DNA of 64,000 nucleotides, from NCBI RefSeq assembly GCF_000143415.4, contig NW_003314264.1, positions 2,799,710-2,863,709 on the forward strand, written 5' to 3'. Source of the stretch: Selaginella moellendorffii (Eukaryota; Plantae; Lycopodiophyta). A program made the translations under genes and the position numbers. The notes below the pieces were generated by a model. The model saw nothing but the letters and a program-made list of their open reading frames with translations, made no database searches and had not been told where the DNA came from. This document shows, one piece after another, positions 1 through 14,830 of the stretch. The first letter of the stretch is position 1, and each line of letters begins with the position of its first letter.

Positions 1-390
1 GCAAGCATGTCGCGGGCTTGAGACTTCCGCCTCCTAGAAGCTTGCAGTACAAGAGGACGACCAAGGCTGGAACCATGGGTCTCGTTGACATGATGGTTGT
101 GAGAGTGATGCCAATCTATGATACCAAGGGACAAGAAAATAACCCAAGGAAAGAAGAAAACACAAGCCCCTTGCCTACCAACAACGCACGCATCCAGTTA
201 CCCGCACTTGAATGCGGGGAGTGCTCTTTGTGTGGTGAAAAGTCTTTGTGTTGCAAACAGGGTGTTGCACGGCATGAAGAAAAGTCTTTGTCTAAACCCA
301 GCACGCGAAAATGAAATATTAGAAAAGCAAAGAAAGACTGCATTTGCATGCCTTGAGTTTTCTTTCTCGAGCAAAGTCGCAAGTCCCTCC

Positions 391-2117
391 ATGAAGAACT
401 CTTTCGTATTCTTGTTGATCGTGATGGCACAATCTTTGCTGCAGGTGGAATCCAACTGTCAGGTAGTCCAACAAAGAGCAAAACAAAGGAAAATAAGCTT
501 GCCTTGACATTTTTTTTCCAGACGGGCGAATGGATCAGCCACGGAGGAGATCTCAAGAATCGTCGCTTTGCAGAAGATGAGCACTTGATCAGCGTCTGGA
601 GCGCGCCTCACTTAAGCGAAAAGTGGAGCTTTGACGCTGGCGCGGACATTTCGGCCACACCGGCGATTTACGACTGTGTTGTCTACTTCCCATCGTGGAA
701 CGGGCTTGTCTTCGCAGTTACCATCCACGGAGAACTTCTCTGGCGCTTCAACTTGACAGAAATCACGGGAGTTGCCACTTTGTCGCGGACGACACCGGCT
801 GTGACCGAAGAGCTCTTGCTGTATGGTTTGCTCGGTCCCGCTAGAGTTGTTGCTTTACACCGTAAGAGTGGAAGAATGGTTTGGATGTCAGAAGATCTGG
901 ATGAAACGCCCCTGGCAAGGATCACCATGTCAGGAACAGCATACGACGGGTAAGCAAACTTCCTTTCTTTTCTTTTTTTTCGGCTCTTGAGCACCTATCA
1001 TTCTGGCAGAGCTTTCTACGTTGGTATGTCTTCGCTCCAAGAGCTTGTGGAGGCAGCCTGTTGCACATTCCAAGGAAGCTTTCAGAAACTCGACCTCAAA
1101 ACTGGAAAACGAATATGGAGAACTTACATGGTTCCTGAAAACTCCAGTTTCTACGGCGTTACAGTATGGGGAAGCAGTCCTTCCATCGATCCCAAGCGAG
1201 GACTCGCCTTCATTGGCACTGGAAACCTCTACCAGATCCCGAGCGACGTCCAGGACTGCCTCAACAGAAATGCCAACTCGAGCGACTGCTATCCTCCCGG
1301 TGTCTGTGACGACGCCGTTGTAGCCGTGAACATGGCCGACGGGGAGATACGCTGGTGTAACAGGCTCGGAGGAAACGACGTATGGAGGCTTGCTTGTGAC
1401 ACAAATCCACCACCAGCAAACTGTCCACCTGAGCCTGGGCCGGACTACGACTTTGGAGAGTCGCCGATGCTGCTTACGATCCCAAGCCGCTACTCCAAGA
1501 ACAAGTTCCAAGATATCGTCGTCACCGGTCAGAAGAGCGGCATTGTTTGGGCTCACGATCGAGACGACGGCAGCCTTGTCTGGGAAACGGTAACTCGAGC
1601 TCCTGTTGATATCTAGCTTGTCCTTCCTGGTCACCTTTTGTTTTCCTCCTGTTTTGTGAAGACTGCCGGACCTGGTGGCTCTGTAGGTGGAGCGATCTGG
1701 GGAGCCGCCACTGACAACCATCGAGTATACACCAACATCGCAAACTCTGACCGTGCTACGTTCCAGCTCGTTCCTTCCGGACAAAGCACCACCGCTGGTG
1801 GCTGGGTGGCCATGGACGCCGCTACTGGAAGAATAGAATGGTCCACTGCGAATCCACACGGTGCGCGAGCTTACGGGCCTGTGACTGTCGCCAACGGTGT
1901 GGTCTTCTGCGGATCATTCGACAAGGATGGTCATGTTCTCGCACTGGACGCAGAGAGTGGACGTATACTGTGGGAACGTACCACTGGTTCGACGGTCTAC
2001 GGAGGACCCTCAGTCGGGCACGGGTGTTGCTTTATTGGAACGGGATACTCACGGGCTCCACTGGCTCCTGCGTTTGGAGGAACTCCCGGCTCCGAATTAT
2101 ATGCCTTCTGTGTATGA
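391..2117 (+). CDS. Secreted PQQ-type beta-propeller dehydrogenase (polyvinyl-alcohol dehydrogenase-like), copy 1, apparently intact; exons 391-444, 522-949, 1010-1589, 1662-2117
   Basis: Signal-peptide-like exon MKNSFVFLLIVMAQSLLQ; GT-AG introns keep the frame; motifs W-x-x-HGGDLKNRR, ISATPA, CCTFQGS (vicinal Cys), VWGSSPSID, GPDYDFGESPM, GQKSG, Trp-docking 'G+ILW' repeats. Confidence 0.85.
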
Positions 2118-2369
2118 CATGATCAAGGCAGCATTAGATGGACGCACGTAATAACGTGTTCCTAGATCCTAGAGGCTTCTACAAGATCCTCTCTTTGATA
2201 GTTGTCACACATTTTCGTCAAGCCAAAATTCGATGAATTGACCTAAAAGCTCTCTATTTATTTATCTCAGAAGATGTTTCATTTAAATTAGCATAATATT
2301 TTATGCATTTTCTTGTTTGATTGTTTTTTTTTGTTTTTAGGGTTCTTCGTTAGGGGAAGAGGGCGTGCC

Positions 2370-3308
2370 ATGGGCGACAAGGTCCAGGTTTTGTACTGCG
2401 CAGGTGATTTGTATGGTTTTTCTTTGCCGGATCATGCTAACTGTCCGACTCTAGTGTGTAGTTTGCCTCCTGAGTATTGCGAATTTGGACCGGACTTTGA
2501 GAAGTGCAAGCCCTGGCTCCTAGAGAATGTGCCTGATTTGTATCCGGAGCTTGCAAGAGGTACCTCGATTGATCGTCGTTAGTGTTGTGATTTTACCTTC
2601 TTTTTTGTCTTCACAGAGAGAGCTGAGCAGCAACTACAAGGATTAACTGTGAGCAATGAAAAGGGAGATAGCTCAAAGACACAAGGTACGTATGAGGGAG
2701 AGCTTCGAGGAGAAGTAAATGTTCTTTTCTCTCTTTTTGTTTTATGTCATTTGTAGAAGAAGATGTGAAGAGATTACCAGGAGGAAAAATCAAGAAGAAG
2801 GTAACGAGCTGGCAGTTCTATGAGACGATGAAACTTACGCCCTGCATTTCCAGGAAAAGCCCGCGGTTGTGGTCGAGAGAGTGACGAGAAACAAAAGGAA
2901 ATGTGTGACAACTATCAAAGGGCTCGACATGTTTGGTAACAGGATTTACTGCTTGCTTGGTGTGCTGCATCTAGAAGAGCTTTTTGAATGTCTGAAGGTG
3001 TCAAGCTGGGGGAGGCATCAAAGAAACTCGGGAAGAAATTCGCAAGTGGTGCGTCTGTGGTGAAGGTGAGTGGGATTCTCACGCATGCTCTTTCTCGCGT
3101 AATTCAAAAGTTCTTTTCAGGGCCCGACGGAGAAAGAACAAATCGACGTTCAAGGGGATATTCTGCTGGACATTGTGGAGTTTATCACAGAGACGTGGCA
3201 AAACGTGAGTTCTTCTAGGCTCTTGTGCGTGCTCTAACTTAACATTCTCAGATTCCCGAATCGGCTATCTTCTTCATGGAGGACGGCAAGAAGGTTTCCG
3301 CAGGCTAG
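2370..3308 (+). CDS. DENR: Density-regulated protein / TMA22 (SUI1-domain translation reinitiation factor), multi-exon
   Basis: Spliced peptide MGDKVQVLYC..VCSLPPEYCEFGPDFEKCKPWL..KRLPGGKIKKK..RNKRKCVTTIKGLDMFG..ASKKLGKKFASGASVVKGPTEKEQIDVQGD..MEDGKKVSAG*. Confidence 0.92.
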
Positions 3309-3509
3309 CGTTTGTGTGTACTATGTGTTGGCCAGGCTAGCAATACAATGGGCTCGGAAGTCTTTTCTAGGTGTATAACAGGTTTAAGCTGTACAAGATG
3401 GAAGAGCGTGAGCTCCAACTTACAGGTACACCATCTAGAATATTGACTTCGGTTAGGAACACTGGGAGAAACTTCTTGCGTGCGTCTTTCTAATGCTGCC
3501 TTGATCATG

Positions 3510-5235
3510 TCATACACAGAAGGCATATAATTCGGAGCCGGGAGTTCCTCCAAGCGCATCACCCAGTGGATCCCATGAGTATCCCGTTCCAACAAAGCAA
3601 CACCCGTGCCCGACTGAGAGCCCTCCATAGACCGTCGAACCAGTGGTACGTTCCCACAGTATAGGTCCACTCTCTGCGTCCAGTGCGAGAACATGACCAT
3701 CCTTGTCGAATGATCCGCAGAAGACCACACCGTTGGCAACAGTCACAGGCCCGTATGCTCGCGCACTGTGTGGATTCGCAGTGGACCATTCTATTCTTCC
3801 AGTAGCGGCATCCATGGCCACCCAGCCACCAGCAGTGGTGCTTCCTCCGGAAGGAACGAGCTGGAACGTAGCACTGCCAGAGTTTGCGATGTTGGTGTAC
3901 ACTCGATGGTTGTCAGTGGCGGCTCCCCAGATCGCTCCACCTACAAAGCCACCAGGTCCGGCAGTCTTCACAAAACAGGAGGAAAACAAAAGGTGACCAG
4001 GAAGGACAAGCTAGATATCAACAGGAGCTCGAGTTACCGTTTCCCAGGCAAGGCTGCCGTCGTCTCGATCGTGAGCCCAAACAATGCCGCTCTTCTGACC
4101 GGTGACGACAATATCTTGGAACTTGTTCTTGGAGAAACGGCTTGGGATCGTGAGGAGCATCGGTGACTCTCCCAGGTCGTAGTCCGGCCCAGGCTCAGGT
4201 GGACAGTTTGCTGGTGGTGGATTTGTGTCACAAGCAAGCCTCCATACGTCGTTTCCTCCGAGCCTGTTACACCAGCGTATCTCACCGTCGGGCATGTTCA
4301 CGGCTACAACGGCGTCGTCACAGACGCCGCGAGGATAGCAGTCGCTCGAGTTGGCGTTTCTGTTGAGGCAGTCCTGGACGTCGCTCGGGATCTGGTAGAG
4401 GTTTCCAGTGCCAATGAAGGCGAGTCCTCGCTTGGGATCGATGGAAGGACTGTTTCCCCAAACTGTAACGCCGTAGAACCGGAATTTTCAGGAGCCATGT
4501 AAGTTCTCCATATTCGTTTTCCAGTTTTGAGGTCGAGTTTCTGAAAGCTTCCTTGGAATGTGCAACAGGCTGCCTTTACAAGCTCTTGGAGCGAAGACAT
4601 ACCAACGTAGAAAGCTCTGCCAGTATGATAGGTTCTCAAGAGCAGAAAAAAAGAAAAGAAATGAAGTTTGCTTACCCGTCGTATGCTGTTCCTGACATGG
4701 TGATCCTTGCCAGGGGCGTTTCATCCAGATCTTCTGACATCCACACCATTCTTCCATTCTTACGGTGTAAAGCAACACCTCTAGCGGGACCGAGCAAACC
4801 ATACAGCAAGAGCTCTTCAGTCACAGCCGGTATCGTCCGCGACAAAGTGGCAACTCCCGTGATTTCTGTCAAGTTCGTGCTCCAGAGAAGTTCTCCGTGG
4901 ATGGTAACTGCGAAGACAAGCCCGTTCCACGATGGGAAGTAGACAACACAGTCGTAAATCGCTGGTGTGGCCGAAATGTCCGCGCCAGCGTCAAAGCTCC
5001 ACTTTTCGCTTAAGTGAGGCGCGCTCCAGACGCTGATCAAGTGCTCATCTTCTGCAAAGCGACGATTCTTGAGATCTCCTCCGTGGCTGATCCATTCGCC
5101 CGTCTGGAAAAAAAAATGTCAAGGCAAGCTTATTTTCCTTTGTTTTGCTCTTTGTTGGACTACCTGACAGTTGGATTCCACCTGCAGCAAAGATTGTGCC
5201 ATCACGATCAACAAGAATACGAAAGAGTTCTTCAT
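3510..5235 (-). pseudogene. PQQ-type dehydrogenase copy 2, 1-nt deletion frameshift in exon 3 (~4476-4482)
   Basis: Same 4-exon structure as copy 1; reads PENSGSTALQ instead of PENSSFYGVTVWGSSP because one base is missing. Confidence 0.8.
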
Positions 5236-6273
5236 GGAGGGGGACTTTGCTCGAGAAAGAAAACTCAAGGCATGCAAATGCAGTGTTTCTTTGCTTTTGT
5301 AATATTTCTTTTTCGCGTGCTTGGTGACTTTTCTTCATGCCGTGCAACACCCTGTTTGCAACACAAAGACTTTTCACCACACAAAGAGCACTCCCCGCAT
5401 TCAAGTGCGGGTAGCGTGCATTGTTGGTAGGCAAGGGGCTTGTGTTTTCTTCTTTCCTTGGGTTATTTTCTTGTTCCTTGGTATCATAGATTGGCATCAC
5501 TCCCATGTCAACGAGACCACCATCTTGAGCATGGTTCCAGCCTCGGTCGTCCTCTTGTACTGCAAGCTTCTAGGAGGCGGAAGTCTCAAGCCCGCGACAC
5601 GCTTGCTGGAGATTCCATGAAGAAATCGTTTTTCTTTTTGCGCACTGCCACCTTATGGTGATTCAAAAACTATCTCTACTTACGCCGTTTGAAAGCGGGC
5701 CAAGGATTTGCAAGATGCTAAAGTTTGATTGATTTGTTTGAGAAGAACCATTGACCAGTTTTCATCCATGCCAGGAGGTTCGAATACCGTGGTACGCATG
5801 GGACTTCAACAAGCAGGTACTTATTCTTCAATAGTTTAGATAGCATCCCGACGGCGAATCTCCGACACAGGTTGGAGGCTGGACCCAAGTCTACAAGGGA
5901 ATGACATTTACCACAGTCAGAGGCGCTGGACACATGGTGCCTGCCACAAAGCCGCAACATGCTCTTCAAGTTTTCAAGAGCTTCTTGGCAGGAGAAGCAT
6001 TGCCCAGCTTCCCATGAACAAAAGGAAAGAGAGAAAGAAAACAAACACAAACGAACAAGGCATAGCTACGCGTTCAAGGTTCGCGAAAACTATTCGTTCT
6101 AATCAGCTTGTCTTTGGAGTTTTCACTTTAGCGTAACAGGGACGGCTGGTGGTCAGCTGATGGAGTTTTCGGAGAGGTCCATTTCTACGTACAAGATATG
6201 ATAATTTCGAAATTCTATTATTGTTGCCACTGGAGATATTTATCTCTCGCATTTTCTGCGAGTTTCGACACCG

Positions 6274-8082
<1,809 letters not shown>

Positions 8083-11000
8083 ATGCCCAAGTTGTGAGTG
8101 CTTAAGAATATAGAAACTGTGTATATTAATTAACTTAAAAACCCTAATTTATATATAGGAGTGAGTGGTTCGGATTGAAACCAATCCAACATCTACCAAA
8201 ATTTCACTATGCTAATATTAATATACAATATTGTAGCCATACACTGTCACATCATTCCCTCCTCTTGGAATAATGAAAGACCATCAGGGTTCTTTTGTAG
8301 ATATGCCGGGATCAAGAAGAACATCAGGAGGAGGCATTGGCAGATTTATAGGTGGTATTAATTGTTCATGATCTTTTGGTATGAAGCATTTCAACCGCTA
8401 CACACGCACAATCTCTGGAGGATTGGCTTGCTGAACGTTATGCCGAACCTCATAAACTTGTTGTAAAATTTGCTACAACACTTAATATGGTTCTTTCCAC
8501 TGAGTAAGGAGCCCTTTATATAAACCACATACCGTAAGATTGGGAAAACGGACTAATACTAAGTCATCCACTTTGTACTCCACAGGTGGATGATGATGGG
8601 AGTTGTACTGCTGTTGTTGTCCCACTTGTACGTAGCTTAAGGGTTCAGCAAATTCTGCTTGGACCAGTGGAAGAATGTTTGTCAAATACTGATCCCACGA
8701 CCTAGCATCGGCAGCTCGTGACAACGTGAAGGTAAACCTAGCTCCATTGGTAATATTGGATCATGGCTATATAAAAGTTTATATGGTGAAGCACCAACAG
8801 AACTCTACACCCTTGTGGCATATGTATACCGAAGAGATAGCACAATCCGAATGTTGAAAGTTCACATACTTCGCGATCATCCTTTTGAACGTCAAAACAA
8901 ACCATTCCACCAAACCATTTGATTGTGGATAATAAACACTTGTGAAAGTGTGGCATATCCCCAACCGAGATGTCAAAACATGAAATGCCTCAGCCATAAA
9001 TGAGGAACCATTGTCCAAAAGAATTTGTTCTGGACAAGAATGCTGGAACACCATTTGATTGAAGAGGAAGTATCCAATAGTAATTGCAGAGGTGTTAGCA
9101 AGAGCACCAACTTCCACCCAACGAGTCAAGTAGTCAGAAGCAATAATAACATATTTATTGCTAACAGTTGATCATGGAAGAGATCCCATAAAATCAAACG
9201 TCACCAACTCAAACAAACGAGAAACTGCAATTGACTCTAACCATCCTTCTGTAGCACGAGGGGGAGTATTATAAGTTTGGCACCAAATGCAACTATGCAC
9301 ATACTGGATAATATCTTGTCGCATCTCTGGCCAATAAAAAGACCTGTGTAGTTTCTTGATCACACAATAATGTCCCATATGCCCACTTACAATAGGAGAA
9401 TTATGGTAGGCATGGAGAAACCGTGGAATAACGACAGAAGGCACCACTAGCCGTAAAGGATCATTAGGATTTGTCCCCACAAAATAAAGAAGGCCATCTT
9501 CAAGGCGATATTGAGAATGTAAATGCCAGAATGGTAAGTCATTAGCAAGTGATGCAGGATTCTCAAACCTATCTCGAAGCCTTCGAATCCATAGCTCAAG
9601 CTTTTAAGCCTCGCAAACCTCCTCAAGAGAAGGTAGATCTTGCTCTACACTTTGTGGACATTGAACGTTAAGTATAGCAACACAGAATCCTTGTCTAGAA
9701 AATCCACAGATGCTGGAATAACAGGCTCATCAGAAATATGAGAAGAGAGTGGAAAACGAAGAGGAGCTCGAGAAAGGGCATCAGCATTGGCCATAAAACT
9801 CCCAGGGTGATAAACAACATCAAAATCATATATATGAAGCTTTAAAACCCACTGAGCAGTACGACCAACAAGGTTTTTTTGCTTTAATAATGAAGTAGTG
9901 TTTAGCAGCAGTCTAGGGTTTCGAGAAACTTCATGTATATCTACATGGTTCTCAAATGTTACTTGAAGGTGATCATGCTGCCCCTTCTCTGTCATGGAGT
10001 AGTTCACTTCCGCTAGTTGTAATGTATGGCTTATATACGTAATGGAATGGTGTTGACCAACACTTGGGCTCTTTTGCATCAACACACCTCCAAGACTAAT
10101 ATCAGAAACATTCATGCACAAAATAAAGGTTGAGTGTAGTCAGGATATGCCAAAACCGGAGGAGTCGTCAAGAGCTCTTTGAGATCCACAAATGCCCTCT
10201 CACAATCTAAAAACCAGATGAAAGATGATGTTGATGACTGTTGATGACTTCAGCAACGCTTACAACGGTGCAATGTGATCAAAATGATGATCCACAAAAT
10301 GATCGAGATATTACACCTTGCCCAGGAATTGCTACACATTATTCACACACTTCGAAGTAGGGGACTTTAGAACAGCCACAAGTTTGTTAGGATCAACTTG
10401 GAAACCCTCACAAAAAATACGGTACTCAAAATAAGTCATGTTCTTGGATCCAAACATGCACTTTGACCACTTTAACTTCAAACCAACGTCCCGTAACTGA
10501 CCCAATACTTTAAAAACATCACGAACATGCTCCTCCCATATCCCCTCCGAGTGGATTAAGACATCATCAATGAAGTCAGCAATCACCTCTGGCATATTAT
10601 AAAGAACCTCGTCTATCATTCGCTGGAAAGTTATTAAAGTATTGTTCAAACCAAATGGTATTACCAAGAACTTGTACAAACCAATAGTGTATGAAAAGTT
10701 GTCTTAGGAATACTTTCTTCAGCCATCAGTACTTGCCAGTACCTAGAAGCAAGATCTAGCTTGGTGAACCAACGACTTCGCCCTAGACAATCCAAGAGAT
10801 CAGCAGAGAAGAGGGTATACATCCGGGATTGTCACTTCGTTTAACGAACGATAGTCAATGCAGAAATGAATACTCCCATTAGACTTCGTCACAAGATGAG
10901 GTTCACATGCCCAAGGATTTCGCAACTTCCGAATAACACCCTTCTCCAACATCTCCTTAACATTTGCATGTAAAATCTTGATCTCTTTAGGTGACCGACG

Positions 11001-12465
11001 ATGAACAAAAACCTTGATTAGACGAGTATCCCCAGTTGGAATCGGATGACGTGTGGCAATCTTGGCCCCAGATGATAAGTCAAATTGAAAAAGATCAGAA
11101 TACTCCTCCCATAAGCTGGTCAATTGCTGCAGCATAAAGATTGTCGGAGGTATCGGAAAAGGGAGAGCAGAACAAGATGGAAACATAGGAGGAAATAGTG
11201 GGGGGACAAAAGTAATGGAAGCAAAGGTAAAAGTAAAGGGACAAAGAGGTACGGAAGTGAGAGGAATAAATAAAATATAAGGAAGTATGAGATAAGGGGG
11301 AAAAGCCTCAAAGTCACATTTGGCATGATTGCGCTGCAACCAATCCATACTAAGGATTAAGTTAAAAGCTTGACTCGACCGCAATGACTACAACCCATGC
11401 TCGAAATCGCCCACACGCACAACCAAGTCTACCTTATCCCGTGCACATGTATGTGTATGGCTATTGCCATAAAGAATGAAAACTAGTTCCACCGCACAAT
11501 GTAAGTGTAGACAGCAACGTGTGAACAACAGGTCGAGCAATAGAAGATCAACTCGAATCTGTATCAACTAACACGAAGAGAATAATAGGAGACTTCTTGT
11601 TATAAAAATGAGTTTGGAAAGTAAATATTAAATAAACTAATACCGAGTGAACCCCATGATAATACTCTTGAAAGAAATATGGAAGGGTCACTGACTTATT
11701 CGCGCAAGGTCTCTCCGTTACTCGTGCGACTTCTCGTTTCCCAGATGCATCTCGGTGTCCAGACCTTCTACTATAGTAACACCAACAGGATGTTGTTGAT
11801 ACCAAGGTCTCCACCCAAGAAATGGAGGTCGCCAATCTGGAAAATGCCGACAATACCGATAAGTGTGACCAACTTCATCACATGCCTAACAATGAATGTC
11901 ACGGCCATGACCACGTCCTCGTCCTTGTCCTTGGACTCGAGCAACAACAACATTAACCTCCATGGGAACAGGACCATTGCCTATAGGAAGTGGAGTGGAA
12001 GGACATTTAGCGAGAAGTGGAAGAGGCGATATCTCATAATGTTGTGCCAAACAAAGAACATCGTCAAGGGTGGCTAGAGCAAGTGCATGCATAAATCTGA
12101 CAAGATTTTAATGAAGTGCTGGCCATAACATTCCTAACTTGATCCGCTCTGACAATTTGGCTCTGCAAGAAATAAGAGGCTTCGGAAATGAACACCAAAT
12201 TGGATCACCAACTCAGATGGCCTTTGACGCAGTGTGAGACACAAAATCCCTAGGCCCCAAAGTGGAGCCGGAAAGGGTGCCACATGGTAGTGGCCGAGGC
12301 GAAAGCTAAACGAGCATAACACGTTTGGACTAAAAGCTCCAACTTGGAAGATCGAGAGCGGGAGTGGAACTCCCAACAAAGTGCTCGAGGAGCAAGCACG
12401 AGGCAACCAATAAGCAAGGCTCCAAAAAGGGACCCAAAAAGGACCAACACATGACACGTGGAAGT

Positions 12466-13011
12466 GTCCGAGATGGAGTCCGAGGCGGACCCGAGTTGGA
12501 GTCCGAGATGGACCCGAAGTGGAGTCCAAGATGGACTCGAAGTGGAGTCCGATATGGAGTCCGAAGTGGAGTCTGAGATGGAGTCTGATATGGAGTCCGA
12601 GATGGACCCAAAGTGGAGTCCGATATGGAGTCCGAAGTGGAGTCCGAGATGGAGTCCGATATGGAGTCCGAGATGGACCCGAAGTGGAGTCCGAGATGGA
12701 GTCCGATATGGAGTCCGAGATGGACCCGAAGTGGAGTCCGATATGGAGTCCGAGATGGACCCGAAGTGGAGTCTGATATGGAGTCCGATATGGAGTCCGA
12801 GATGGACCCGAAGTGGAGTCCGATGTGGAGTCCGAGATGGACCCGAGATGGAGTCCGAGATGGACCCGAGATGGACCCGAGATGGAGTCCGAGATGGAGT
12901 CTGAGATGGAACCGAGACCGGGACCGAGACTGAGACCGAGACCGAGTCCGAGTCCGAGTCCGAATCCGGGACCGAGACCAAGTCCGAGTCCGAGTCCGAG
13001 TCCGAGTCCGA
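12466..13011. repeat. Minisatellite in the 5' LTR: 11-12-nt units (TGGAGTCCGAGA / TGGAGTCCGATA / TGGACCCGAAG) grading into CCGAGT/CCGAGA hexamers
   Basis: Direct reading; source of the low-complexity ORFs on both strands. Confidence 0.95.
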
Positions 13012-14636
13012 ATACTAATACAGGCAGTTGGGTGAAAGCCCAAAGCGATCGTCCCCCAGGGGGGGGGCTGCAGGGGGGTTCCAAAAGTATAGTAGGGAGA
13101 GTGTGGGGATTGGAGCCCAGTGGAGCCAATTTGGCCAGGAAAGGCCAGTTTGGCCCAGGAAGGCCAGACCCAGTGTTGGGTGATGAGCTGACCACTGGGA
13201 AGTCCAAGACTAGAGTGAACACGGACCGACAAGCGGGGTAGCTTGGTGAAGTGTTCAAGAGCCGGCTCTAGTTCCCCCGGGAGATCGACTGGCCGATGCT
13301 CCCAGTCCAAGTGTGGGTGGCACTACCTACTTGGATACCAGGCATGGCTCAACGGAACCTCGCTCTAAGCCCATGGCTAGAGCACCCAAGGGCGGAAGGC
13401 GGGGAGAGTACCCAGGTGGCTCGCGTAAGGCCACGGTGTTCCGAAAGGTTGTCCCAAAGGCCCAGACTGTGGAAAGGAAGAGGAGCAGTCCTCTGGGGTA
13501 GTAACCAAGGACACAGTCGTATGGTGAGGAAGTCCCAGAGGACCGTGGGACTTAGTGGTCGGGCCTGTGGGCCTCGATCCAGTGGCAGTGTTGGCAAACA
13601 TGGCCAAGGGCCGAAAGGGACTTAGTGGGGACTGACAGAGGGACATTGGGGAAGGCTATTCCCCTTGTCGGTGGGCATCCTAAGGATGCTAAGGAGTGGA
13701 TCTAAGATGACCACTCACGGATGGTTTCCCTAGTCTTGAAGAGCCAAGAATGTGATGCAAGTGGTATGGACTACCAGTGTGGCAAAGGTGATTGGGCATG
13801 GCCTTAGCGTAACAAGCTGCCATGTTGGTGGTACCTTTGAGTGTCGGTCATGGGATCGGACACGTGGAGCACTTGGACCAAGTGCAAATGTTGAGTGGCA
13901 TGGATGCCATTCTCGGGGCTAGCAAGTCCCAAGTCCTGAATTGGACTTATGGAGGTTGTGAATGAGACTCCTCCAAGTGGTCGGAGGTGTGGTTAAGTGA
14001 CTGAAGTAGAATGGAAAATTTAGTCGCTTACAATTTGGTATCGGAGTTGTTCCTCAGTCCGACTTTTATTGGTGCTCAAGTATATCACCATTGATATTGG
14101 CATTGGAAGGTCTTAGAAGTGGGCTTATCCTTGAGGAGTAGCATGCCGAGAGGACATGGCTCTCCACTCAAGTTCATGCGTGACTTGGGCGTGATGTGGT
14201 GGATAGAAAAGGGGCCGGTAAGGGAACGCCTTTGGGATCTTGGGAACAGTAAATGGTTTTCCTCAGAGAGTTGAGGATGTGATCCAGATGAGCATTTGAC
14301 TCAATAAATGGCCAATGTAGTTGTGGTAAACAACTAAAGTTGGGATCACAGGAAAGATAAAGACTCCAAAGCAATAAGGGAGTCACAAGATTATCGTCAT
14401 ATAGTTGAGGTTGGTGCTCATGAATGTAAGACCAGAAGTGATGACCGTGGGAGGTCAAATACGGAAGAGGACTCAAGTCCTTGAAATGGTAGCCGGGGCT
14501 ACCTTTAATAAATGCTGGAACAACCCAAGGAGTTGGGGGGTGTACTTAGAGATGAGTTGGTATTCTCATCACATGGACAAGTAGTCCTAAGGGGCAGAGG
14601 TGCACCCAGACAACAAAAACAAGTGTCAGAGTAACA

Positions 14637-14830
14637 NNNNNNNNNNNNNNNNNNNNNNNNNNNNNNNNNNNNNNNNNNNNNNNNNNNNNNNNNNNNNNNN
14701 NNNNNNNNNNNNNNNNNNNNNNNNNNNNNNNNNNNNNNNNNNNNNNNNNNNNNNNNNNNNNNNNNNNNNNNNNNNNNNNNNNNNNNNNNNNNNNNNNNNN
14801 NNNNNNNNNNNNNNNNNNNNNNNNNNNNNN
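14637..14830. other. Assembly gap (run of N)
   Basis: 194 N bases. Confidence 1.

Larger units (their letters stand above)
1..5606. repeat. Large inverted duplication: arm 1 (<=1 to ~2150) and arm 2 (~3475 to >=5606), with a ~1.3-kb spacer holding DENR
   Basis: Window start gcaagcatgtcgcgggcttgagacttcc is the near reverse complement of ~5578-5606; identity continues through all exons and introns to just past the stop codons. Confidence 0.9.

Noticed and set aside
18-314. Small Cys-rich ORF upstream of the dehydrogenase
   Set aside because: The frame is not preserved in the duplicated copies (5300-5600, 25450-25720); no recognisable family
930-1859. 309-aa antisense ORF, and similar shadow ORFs over the PPR, CYP and PP2C genes (e.g. 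55251-56225)
   Set aside because: Antisense or alternate-frame shadows of GC-rich coding exons
5718-6050. 110-aa minus-strand ORF
   Set aside because: No recognisable motif or supportable exon chain; could be a gene relic but cannot be called
8088-8092. TSD for gypsy copy A
   Set aside because: Left flank caagt does not match right flank aggca; not claimed
12466-13011. CRISPR-like repeat array
   Set aside because: Units abut with no unique spacers, there are no cas genes, and the context is a eukaryotic LTR
12134-13310. Long ORFs (243-374 aa) on both strands, repeated at 18159-19249
   Set aside because: Translations of the LTR minisatellite, which lacks stops in most frames; low complexity and no domain
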